A stretch of 20,000 nt of DNA, from the IMG/VR virus record IMGVR_UViG_3300035698_029469; one strand, given 5' to 3'. This document shows positions 1-6,452 of this stretch, one piece after another. The DNA is from an uncultured virus (IMG/VR IMGVR_UViG_3300035698_029469) (lineage: Duplodnaviria; Heunggongvirae; Uroviricota; Caudoviricetes). Position numbers and translations under genes: made by a program. Under the pieces are notes generated by a model. That model ran no database searches. It was not told the origin of the DNA and was given only the letters and a program-made list of their open reading frames with translations. Positions within the stretch are counted from its first letter, which is position 1; each line of letters opens with the position of its first letter.

Positions 1-63
1 GTTGAAATCGAGGATGAGTTGGGTGTAACACCCGAACTTCACCTTTTCGTTAAGGAGAGATGA
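1..63 (+). CDS. 3' end of a gene cut by the window edge (VEIEDELGVTPELHLFVKER*)
   Basis: Open frame from position 1 to TGA at 61-63; the stop lies inside the leader of the next gene, as elsewhere in this array. Confidence 0.5.
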   Translation, partial: VEIEDELGVTPELHLFVKER

Positions 64-66
64 AAA

Positions 67-426
67 ATGGATATAAACACAAATTATTTTGATGAAATAA
101 AAAAGGGTGGTATAAAAATGGAAAGTGTAAATGAGATAAGGAATAGATGGAAGCGAGAACTATCAGACATTACAATAGAAAATGTCGATAGTTTGATTGC
201 CGATGTAGATCGAGTCAAAGAACTATCTATAGATTTCCCGACTGAAAATATCGATATTCAGAAGCAAAGTGTCGATATAAAATTTTTATTGTTACATTTT
301 AAAATGTTATTGGAGTATTCCGATAACGCGAATCTTATTGCAACTTTAAATGAACAACACCTTTTCAATTTGAATTTTTATATGTCTGCCGCTGCAATAT
401 TGGAAATGCGGAGTTTTGATGATTAA
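67..426 (+). CDS. hypothetical protein, 119 aa (alternative start at 118)
   Basis: ORF preceded by the AAGGAGAGATGAAAAATG leader. Confidence 0.75.
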   Translation: MDINTNYFDEIKKGGIKMESVNEIRNRWKRELSDITIENVDSLIADVDRVKELSIDFPTENIDIQKQSVDIKFLLLHFKMLLEYSDNANLIATLNEQHLFNLNFYMSAAAILEMRSFDD

Positions 427-452
427 AGGGGATAAAAATGGAGGAATGAAAA

Positions 453-677
453 ATGGAAATGGAAAAAATGAGTTTTATATTAGGTGTGGGATTTACAATA
501 ATGATGGGAATAATAATTATGGCTTATCTTTATTATAGATGGCAGGAGAATTATTTTGTAAACCCGCCCGAAAATTTAACGAAAAAACAAGTTACAAAGG
601 GAACTGCTATTCTTTCCGTGCAATCTATTATAATTATTATTTGTATGTTTTTAATTCCGATAATAATTATCAGATAA
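453..677 (+). CDS. small membrane protein with 2 predicted TM segments
   Basis: GGAGG leader; hydrophobic stretches at both termini. Confidence 0.75.
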   Translation: MEMEKMSFILGVGFTIMMGIIIMAYLYYRWQENYFVNPPENLTKKQVTKGTAILSVQSIIIIICMFLIPIIIIR

Positions 678-691
678 TTTAAAAAGGAGGA

Positions 692-1177
692 ATGATTAAA
701 ATGCCGGAATTAGAAATGACTTGGATGGTAATATTATTATTTTTTATAATCGGAATAATAATTTTTATCGGATGTTTTTTATTTATTTTATTGAATAAAT
801 ATGTATTAGAGGAAGCAAATAAGGAATATCAAAAGGGCAATAAAGATGATTGTTATGGATTTATTATAATGCTTTTAATATTAGATTATTTAATTTTCGG
901 AGCTATATTTTGTATTGCGGATCATTATATTCGGGGTTATTATTCTTATACATGCGCAATTATAAGTTATACTATGATAGCTATTGTAGTTAATATTATG
1001 TTACTTGCTATGATTGCTTGTGGAATAGAAGATGTATCTGAAAAAGAAGAATCGTTAGGTATTATATTGGGTGTAGCAATATTAATTATTGTAAATTTAT
1101 ATTTAATATTAATATTGATAAATGCTTTGGATTATCTTGGAATGGATTTTCTGCCGATTGTAGTAATAAAGTGGTAA
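692..1177 (+). CDS. membrane protein with about 4 TM segments (start 692 or 701)
   Basis: AAGGAGG SD; four Ile/Leu-rich hydrophobic segments. Confidence 0.75.
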   Translation: MIKMPELEMTWMVILLFFIIGIIIFIGCFLFILLNKYVLEEANKEYQKGNKDDCYGFIIMLLILDYLIFGAIFCIADHYIRGYYSYTCAIISYTMIAIVVNIMLLAMIACGIEDVSEKEESLGIILGVAILIIVNLYLILILINALDYLGMDFLPIVVIKW

Positions 1178-1194
1178 ATAAGGAGGAATAAAAA

Positions 1195-1776
1195 ATGGAA
1201 GAATGTAATTGCGAAAAGTGTATGAGTTTGTGTTCAGGAATGCCGGGATGGTTTAAAGGCGGGCAGGCTATAAAAGCGGCCGAACATTTAAACTTATCAC
1301 TACTTGAATTTTTTGATCAATATCTTATGTTTGATAGTTGGGGTCAAAGCTTTATCCGGCATTGTTCGGCAGATATTGATGTCTTAATGCCACGAAATAA
1401 TAAATATAACTTATCAGATATAATGAAAAGACCGATGATGGAAAGGCGGCACGCTCGATGTAGATTATTGACGGATCACGGTTGTAAATTGCCATTAGAA
1501 CTTCGACCGTTTGAATGTGCCAACATATTTGGATGTAATTATCCGAATAAAAAAAATAGTCGAGAAATTCATATAGAAACTGCAAAATCTTGGGTTAAAA
1601 ATTATTTGGAAATTGAAGGAATATTGTCGATGAAGGGTTATACCCGCGAGAGACTTTATCGGGAAACAAACCAATATGAATATGATTTTGGTTTTAGCTC
1701 GAGAAATCAACATGATAATTGGGAAAATGATTGGGAATGGAAATATGTTCAAAATTTAAGTGATGAGGGATTCTAA
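1195..1776 (+). CDS. YkgJ/CxxCxxCC-like cysteine-cluster (Zn or Fe-S) protein
   Basis: N-terminal CxCxxCxxxC plus C-terminal CRLLTDHGCKL...RPFEC, matching the YkgJ pattern C-x-x-L-x(3-4)-G-C...R-P-x-x-C. Confidence 0.75.
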   Translation: MEECNCEKCMSLCSGMPGWFKGGQAIKAAEHLNLSLLEFFDQYLMFDSWGQSFIRHCSADIDVLMPRNNKYNLSDIMKRPMMERRHARCRLLTDHGCKLPLELRPFECANIFGCNYPNKKNSREIHIETAKSWVKNYLEIEGILSMKGYTRERLYRETNQYEYDFGFSSRNQHDNWENDWEWKYVQNLSDEGF

Positions 1777-1802
1777 AAAGGCCGAATAAGGAGAAATGAA
1801 AA

Positions 1803-1952
1803 ATGATTGTAAATGATTTGCTTAGATTGAGAGATGAGATAAAAGATTATATTTCAAATAGTGATAAAATAAAATATAATAGTTTTATAAGAATTGCGAA
1901 GGATGATTTGGATTTTGTAGAAAGTGAAATAGAAAGGGAAACGACAGATTAA
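1803..1952 (+). CDS. hypothetical 49-aa protein (MIVNDLLRLRDEIKDY...ERETTD), not in the ORF track
   Basis: Full leader AAGGAGAAATGAAAAATG at 1788-1805; fills the gap between flanking genes. Confidence 0.65.
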   Translation: MIVNDLLRLRDEIKDYISNSDKIKYNSFIRIAKDDLDFVESEIERETTD

Positions 1953-1981
1953 CCCGACCGAGTCAGAAGGAGGAATGAAAA

Positions 1982-2419
1982 ATAATTGTAAATGGAAAAC
2001 TCTTCAAACTCACAGATCGTTGGATTGGTTTACGAGTACGACGTAATGAGCAAAGAGGCCGATTTATGGGGTTTGATGAAAGCGGACGGCACATTGTTCA
2101 ATTTCAAACTTTTAAAACTGGAATTATAAACACAAATAATCTTAGCCTGGGATCACAAATAATGGATTTTCTTAATAATATGTATCGCGTCAGACGTGCT
2201 ATTACAACTGGTAATATATCAATATTAAATATATCGGGCGGTGATATTTTAAATATTGATAGAAATGTAATTAGATTAGAAGATATCGATGTTGCAGTAT
2301 TGAACGAATATTTTACTGAAGTAATGGAATTATATCGATTAATATTTGAAGTGTCAATTAAAATGACGGCGCCTTCAAATAAAATTGATTTGGGCCACCG
2401 GAAAAGTTGGTTCGATTAA
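1982..2419 (+). CDS. HRKSWF-family paralog 1; the homologous start position is ATA (first in-frame ATG at 2066)
   Basis: In-frame upstream extension IIVNGKLFKLTDRWIGL matches MIANGKQIELTDRWIGL of 3964..4431; C-terminus DLGHRKSWF. Confidence 0.7.
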   Translation: MIVNGKLFKLTDRWIGLRVRRNEQRGRFMGFDESGRHIVQFQTFKTGIINTNNLSLGSQIMDFLNNMYRVRRAITTGNISILNISGGDILNIDRNVIRLEDIDVAVLNEYFTEVMELYRLIFEVSIKMTAPSNKIDLGHRKSWFD

Positions 2420-2432
2420 GGAGGAATGAAAA

Positions 2433-2909
2433 ATGAGCGATTTGGATTTAATTATCACTACTACCAATTGCACAAGAGCCGAAGCCATTAACGCTTATAA
2501 AGTTTCGGGTCACAACTTTGTAAACACAATTGTTTATTTAGTTGATCATACTGAGTTGAAAAATCGAATAAAGGCGGAATTAACGGAAATATTAGATGAT
2601 TTTTATAAATTAATTTATCATAAAGATTGTAATGTTATGTCTATAAGTGATGATAGGATGTATAATAATGATAGTGGTCTTTATTTTTATAGAAATCATT
2701 CTGGATTTAGATTTTTTCAATCGCAATTATTTAAAGTGCATTTAGTAAATACTCGTTATGATGTAAATATGATAGACACACAAGAACTTGTAAGAATATC
2801 AACCGAAAAAGTAATTAATCTGTTAGTAGTGTCACGAATGACATTACCTAAGAATTGCGATAAAAAATTAATTATTAGATATATAAAACAATTTAGTCGG
2901 TTTATTTAG
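2433..2909 (+). CDS. protein with N-terminal NAC-alpha-like UBA domain; RFI-tail family paralog 1
   Basis: DLDLIITTTNCTRAEAINAYKVSGHNFVNTIVYL resembles the NAC-alpha/HYPK UBA pattern; C-terminal 40 aa similar to 3119..3469. Confidence 0.65.
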   Translation: MSDLDLIITTTNCTRAEAINAYKVSGHNFVNTIVYLVDHTELKNRIKAELTEILDDFYKLIYHKDCNVMSISDDRMYNNDSGLYFYRNHSGFRFFQSQLFKVHLVNTRYDVNMIDTQELVRISTEKVINLLVVSRMTLPKNCDKKLIIRYIKQFSRFI

Positions 2910-2925
2910 AAAGGAGAGTGAAAAA

Positions 2926-3114
2926 ATGAGTAAACGAATATATTTAATTATTGGTATTTTATATTTTTTATTATATGTAATATTAATAATACAATATAGT
3001 TTAAAGATAATAAATATTGATATGTTCACGATTGAAGTATCTTATCTAATGTTTATCGGCGTGGTTTTATATTGGTTGTTAAATCACCACCATCAAAGGT
3101 TAAAAGGAGAATGA
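2926..3114 (+). CDS. small 2-TM membrane protein
   Basis: Leader motif; two hydrophobic segments. Confidence 0.65.
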   Translation: MSKRIYLIIGILYFLLYVILIIQYSLKIINIDMFTIEVSYLMFIGVVLYWLLNHHHQRLKGE

Positions 3115-3118
3115 AAAA

Positions 3119-3469
3119 ATGAGTGAAACGATAACACGAATCAATCAGGCGACACTTGAAAGTTTTCCATTCCATTTAATTGACGATAGTCAATTACGTA
3201 GAGTGGATAAAGATTGGGGTAAAGATTGGGGAATCTTCATTCAGTTTCACAATGCTCCAAATCGAACCTTTATTTGGTTATTATCTGATAGTATTACTTT
3301 ATATTATAGGAAGATAATTTGTTGGTCACCTTTCGATTTTAAAGGTTGGGATTATAAAATAACCGAATCCGAATTGAATACCTTTTTGGCAATTGCCCGA
3401 TTATACGGCAAAAAGAAAACAGTAGCCGAAATTAAAGATGCTCTTAAAAAATTAGGTCGGTTTATTTAA
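3119..3469 (+). CDS. hypothetical protein; RFI-tail family paralog 2
   Basis: Leader motif; ends KITESELNTFLAIARL...LKKLGRFI. Confidence 0.75.
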   Translation: MSETITRINQATLESFPFHLIDDSQLRRVDKDWGKDWGIFIQFHNAPNRTFIWLLSDSITLYYRKIICWSPFDFKGWDYKITESELNTFLAIARLYGKKKTVAEIKDALKKLGRFI

Positions 3470-3483
3470 AGGGGGAATGAAAA

Positions 3484-3714
3484 ATGAAATCATTAGATGA
3501 ATTAGAAAATTTAGGATTTACATTATTTTCAATAGGTTTAATAGCTGCTATTGTGGGAACTATATTTACAATAATATATATGTGTTTAGGTGTTTTTAAT
3601 GAAATTGAAACTCAAAGCATGATACTTTCAATTATAGTTAGTTTTTTTATATGTTGGATAGGATTTACTATATTAAATTACGCCGATAAAATTCATGATG
3701 AAATAAATGAATAA
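3484..3714 (+). CDS. small 2-TM membrane protein
   Basis: Leader motif; two hydrophobic segments. Confidence 0.7.
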   Translation: MKSLDELENLGFTLFSIGLIAAIVGTIFTIIYMCLGVFNEIETQSMILSIIVSFFICWIGFTILNYADKIHDEINE

Positions 3715-3919
3715 GGTCGGTTTATTTAAACTAAAGCGACAAAATGGAAATGATAAGATGGAAAATAGAAATTATGTTTTTGTAAATATATCTCCTCCGG
3801 TTGATTATTTAATGCGCTACATATTTAGAAGTGTGGAGCGACCATATACATATAAGACAATAACTAAAATTTATGAAAATGGTTATCATAGTAAAGATGA
3901 AGAAATTATTCATTATTAA
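3707..3919 (+). CDS. hypothetical protein (true start possibly ATG 3758)
   Basis: ORF fills the gap; the 5' part carries the GTCGGTTTATTTA repeat and may be non-coding. Confidence 0.55.
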   Translation: MNKVGLFKLKRQNGNDKMENRNYVFVNISPPVDYLMRYIFRSVERPYTYKTITKIYENGYHSKDEEIIHY

Positions 3920-3963
3920 AACGACAAGGAGAAATGAAAAATGGAAAATAAAGAGATGATAAA

Positions 3964-4431
3964 ATGATAGCAAACGGAAAACAAATCGAACTTACAGATC
4001 GTTGGATCGGGTTACCTGTCCAAACTAAATTTATGTTTGTCGATAATGATGCTATTGAACAAGGGTTATTTAGTGGGCAATTTATATATTGTGATCATGA
4101 TAGATGCGTTATTGATTTTGGAGTTTATAAAAATAGACTTAGGAATTCTGATCAGATATTTTACGGTGTAAACATGCAAAGATTTGTCAAAGCTATGTAT
4201 TGGATTCGACGAAATTTCGAACAAAACGGGGCGGTTAATCCAAATTCTTTTGAATCAATCATACCAATTGTTGATGATCTCGAACCGATAGAGGTCGAAT
4301 TCCTCAATGAGTATTATGATGATTATATGATTATTTATAGAAAAATTTTTGTAGTTCCGTCCAAAATGATGGTTAATGCCGAAAAATACGACTTGGGTCA
4401 CCGGAAAAGTTGGTTTAAAGATGAGGTATGA
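3964..4431 (+). CDS. HRKSWF-family paralog 2
   Basis: N-terminal LTDRWIGL; C-terminal DLGHRKSWF. Confidence 0.8.
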   Translation: MIANGKQIELTDRWIGLPVQTKFMFVDNDAIEQGLFSGQFIYCDHDRCVIDFGVYKNRLRNSDQIFYGVNMQRFVKAMYWIRRNFEQNGAVNPNSFESIIPIVDDLEPIEVEFLNEYYDDYMIIYRKIFVVPSKMMVNAEKYDLGHRKSWFKDEV

Positions 4432-4435
4432 TAAA

Positions 4436-4819
4436 ATGATGTTAGGTAATAGTGATTATTTTTTAGATGATCGATTTTTGGGAATGCGTTTAAATGTTTC
4501 CGAAAATGTAACTTTTGGGCACGAAATGTTCAAAAACAAACCGACTTTTTATCAAACTGAAAATGAAAATTATATTAAAGTTATGATTTTAATGAAGGGA
4601 TCAAATCATAATAAAAGTCCTTTAATGTCAACTTTAGATTATATGGGACCCTTTTCAGTTAAGCGTAATTCTGTCTTTGCTTCATTAGAATTATTATTAG
4701 CGAGTGTAAATCCGAATTCTTATAATTTGGAACGATTAACAACACAAGAGAAATTATTTTATGATGAGTATTTATTTGATCACCGGAAAAGTTGGTTTGA
4801 AGATGAGGAATTAATTTAA
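4436..4819 (+). CDS. HRKSWF-family paralog 3 (start reassigned from 4376 to ATG 4436)
   Basis: GAGGT SD before 4436; MMLGNSDYFLDDRFLGM aligns with LTDRWIGL; shares VNPNS with paralog 2; ends DHRKSWF. Confidence 0.75.
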   Translation: MMLGNSDYFLDDRFLGMRLNVSENVTFGHEMFKNKPTFYQTENENYIKVMILMKGSNHNKSPLMSTLDYMGPFSVKRNSVFASLELLLASVNPNSYNLERLTTQEKLFYDEYLFDHRKSWFEDEELI

Positions 4820-4842
4820 ATTACAAGGAGAGATGAAAAATA

Positions 4843-5055
4843 ATGGGAATATTAAAAAAACTTATGCCGTTTCGGGTTCCATATAGTAATGGCCCGTGTT
4901 GGTATAAAGGAAAATGGAACGGTTATGACAAATTAGAATTATTGAATGGACATAAAGTATATAGACATTGGCGAAGTTTATCTATAAATTTATTAGATAT
5001 AATTTTAATTCCAATTTATATAATAATAAAGAGAAAAAGGAGAGTAATAAAATGA
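4843..5055 (+). CDS. small basic protein with a C-terminal hydrophobic segment
   Basis: Leader motif at 4825; LLDIILIPIYIII followed by KRKRR. Confidence 0.65.
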   Translation: MGILKKLMPFRVPYSNGPCWYKGKWNGYDKLELLNGHKVYRHWRSLSINLLDIILIPIYIIIKRKRRVIK

Positions 5056-5141
5056 AACGAAATAAAAAATATTTTTATGGCAAATATATGAAAATTACTA
5101 TTTTGGGATTGATTAATCGACTTTGGAGGAGAGAATAAAAA

Positions 5142-5399
5142 ATGGAAAATGAGAATGAAATTAGAATTAGGCGAAAAAATTACATGTTTAATTTTGACAC
5201 TAAATGTGTGGTTATTAACAATAAACAGGGAATGTCGTTGGATTCGTTTTTTGAAAAATTCGATCCAAAATCTCGTATAGAATGGCGCGATTGGAATGGA
5301 CTGCGCCGTTTCCGATTTTGGCAAGAATATTCACTTTTTATACAACAAAAAATGATAGAGCGGGATGCCATCGAAAATGCAAAAAGGAGGAATGATTAA
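5142..5399 (+). CDS. hypothetical protein
   Basis: GGAGGAG SD; abuts the next gene. Confidence 0.7.
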   Translation: MENENEIRIRRKNYMFNFDTKCVVINNKQGMSLDSFFEKFDPKSRIEWRDWNGLRRFRFWQEYSLFIQQKMIERDAIENAKRRND

Positions 5400-5753
5400 A
5401 TGAATAAAAGAACAAGATTAGTGAATCTTACACCGCATGAAATAACTATATATCGCGGAAGCAAGATAATCCAAATTATAGAGCCAAGCGGCCAAAAAGC
5501 CTTTATTACCACATCTTACAGAAAGTTGAGAACTGTTAACGGCATAGACGTTGTCGAAACAGAATGGGGGGAACCGAAAGGAATCCCGCCGCCGGCACCG
5601 AACACTTTTTATATTGTTTCGACGGTGGTGTTGCAGGGTAGCGACCGTGAGGATCTTATAGCGCCGGATACTGGTAAAACGGCTGTTAAAGCTAACGGTA
5701 AGATTATAGGAATAACCAGGTTTCAGGTGTGGGCTTGGGCACCTGGGAAATAA
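5400..5753 (+). CDS. NLTPH-motif protein, candidate Crn4-like ring nuclease / anti-CRISPR
   Basis: Motifs NLTPH, G.P.P, YIVS, R.DL.AP, G.IIG; 117 aa, beta-rich. The family assignment is from recall of the motif, not from a search. Confidence 0.55.
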   Translation: MNKRTRLVNLTPHEITIYRGSKIIQIIEPSGQKAFITTSYRKLRTVNGIDVVETEWGEPKGIPPPAPNTFYIVSTVVLQGSDREDLIAPDTGKTAVKANGKIIGITRFQVWAWAPGK

Positions 5754-5763
5754 AACCCAAACA

Positions 5764-5777
5764 TTCTTTATTTTTTC
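5764..5777 (+). terminator. oligo-T tract, candidate archaeal-type terminator of the accessory array
   Basis: TTCTTTATTTTTTC just after the last + strand gene, at the junction with the convergent tRNA cluster. Confidence 0.4.
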
Positions 5778-5782
5778 ATTAA

Positions 5783-5855
5783 TGCCCATAGTCGGTCTCG
5801 AACCGACGATCAACAGCTTAGGAAGCTGATGCCTTATCCACTAGACTATACGGGC
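5783..5855 (-). tRNA. trnR: tRNA-Arg(CCT)
   Basis: GCCCGTA-TA-GTCT-AGTGGATA-AGGC-A-TCAGC-TTCCTAA-GCTGT-TGATC-GTCGG-TTCGAGA-CCGAC-TATGGGC-A; complete cloverleaf, A20 Arg identity base, no encoded CCA. Confidence 0.92.
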
Positions 5856-5861
5856 TTAAAG

Positions 5862-5935
5862 TGCTCTTAGAGGGACTTGAACCCTCGCCGACCCGGTTAG
5901 AAGCCGGGCATTCTATCCAACTGAATTATAAGAGC
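5862..5935 (-). tRNA. trnR: tRNA-Arg(TCT)
   Basis: GCTCTTA-TA-ATTC-AGTTGGATA-GAAT-G-CCCGG-CTTCTAA-CCGGG-TCGGC-GAGGG-TTCAAGT-CCCTC-TAAGAGC-A; all stems fully paired. Confidence 0.95.
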
Positions 5936-5945
5936 TTGATTTGGA

Positions 5946-6018
5946 AGCCCACGGTCGGACTTGAACCGACAATTACGGATTCCGAAGACCCGAGCCTTAT
6001 CCTTTTGGCCACGTGGGC
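5946..6018 (-). tRNA. trnR: tRNA-Arg(TCG)
   Basis: GCCCACG-TG-GCCA-AAAGGATA-AGGC-T-CGGGT-CTTCGGA-ATCCG-TAATT-GTCGG-TTCAAGT-CCGAC-CGTGGGC-T, followed by TCCA. Confidence 0.9.
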
Positions 6019-6024
6019 TTATGA

Positions 6025-6110
6025 TGGTGGGCGGGAGCGGATTCGAACCGCTGTCTCCTCAGTAGTTTCCTAGGACTGACTTGAGGCGTCTGCCTCTAAC
6101 CTACCCGCTC
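6025..6110 (-). ncRNA. tRNA-like RNA A (86 nt) with a 20-nt anticodon loop; possibly an intron-containing tRNA of undetermined identity
   Basis: Acceptor GAGCGGG/CCCGCCC plus ACCA; T arm AGCGG-TTCGAAT-CCGCT; stem CCTCA/TGAGG encloses AGTCAGTCCTAGGAAACTAC. Confidence 0.75.
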
Positions 6111-6122
6111 ATAGACCTGGAT

Positions 6123-6250
6123 TGGTGGTAACTGCCGGATTTAAACCGACGTCATCGGGCGGCTTACACGTTCGAGCGCAATTAACGCTCCTCCCGACCC
6201 ATTGCGGGATGTGCCCTGTCCCTATGTAATCTCTGCTATACTAGGTTACC
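6123..6250 (-). ncRNA. tRNA-like RNA B (128 nt) with a multi-hairpin domain in place of the anticodon arm
   Basis: Acceptor GGTAACC/AGTTACC plus ACCA; T arm GTCGG-TTTAAAT-CCGGC; internal stems GGGC/GCCC, ACAT/GTGT, TCCCG/CGGGA and GAGCG/CGCTC. Confidence 0.7.
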
Positions 6251-6415
6251 ATTGTATTTTTTTAACAGTGTATTGATTCTTAAACAGCAGGACTCGATTC
6301 TATCATCCATATATTTCGTTTCGGCACGAGAACACTTTATGCCGTATATTATAACTAAGATAGGCCCCACTATAGCTATTATAATGCACAAAACATCGAT
6401 GTATAATGGTATCAT
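6236..6415 (-). CDS. 59-aa single-TM micro-protein inside the tRNA cluster, not in the ORF track
   Basis: AAAGGAGA SD then ATG; MIPLYIDVLCIIIAIVGPILVIIYGIKCSRAETKYMDDRIESCCLRINTLLKKYNGNLV*. Confidence 0.7.
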   Translation of the reverse strand: MIPLYIDVLCIIIAIVGPILVIIYGIKCSRAETKYMDDRIESCCLRINTLLKKYNGNLV

Positions 6416-6452
6416 TGTGTTTTCTCCTTTCTATTTTATGCTACGTCGAAAT

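Larger units (their letters stand above)
52..5402 (+). repeat. dispersed ~18-bp gene leader repeat AAGGAGRRATGAAAAATG (about 14 copies)
   Basis: Copies or variants at about 52, 440, 684, 1180, 1788, 1967, 2418, 2911, 3104, 3469, 3926, 4825, 5125 and 5384. Confidence 0.8.

Noticed and set aside
4376..4435. Longer starts in the ORF track (4376, and likewise 9568)
   Set aside because: They overlap upstream genes by more than 50 nt; downstream ATGs at 4436 and 9622 have SD motifs, and 4436 aligns with the paralog N-termini.
52..5402. Repeated leaders and 13-17 nt repeats as a CRISPR array or integron attC sites
   Set aside because: Spacing is irregular and gene-sized, the repeats are degenerate and non-palindromic, and no cas or integrase gene is in the window.
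5861..6073. 70-aa + strand ORF (also 5418..5813 on - and 6252..6485 on +)
   Set aside because: These are shadows of tRNA genes or real ORFs: GLEP/DSNH-type peptides are reverse-complement T arms, and 6252..6485 is antisense to an ORF with a strong SD.
6025..6110. Evidence for an alternative genetic code (UGA/UAG reassignment, Sec or Pyl tRNA)
   Set aside because: Long genes are intact under the standard code and TGA/TAG end genes at sensible boundaries. The RNA lacks U33 and the long acceptor and variable arms of tRNA-Sec.
6123..6250. tmRNA
   Set aside because: Far too short, no G3-U70 alanine identity pair, no tag ORF, and the context looks archaeal.
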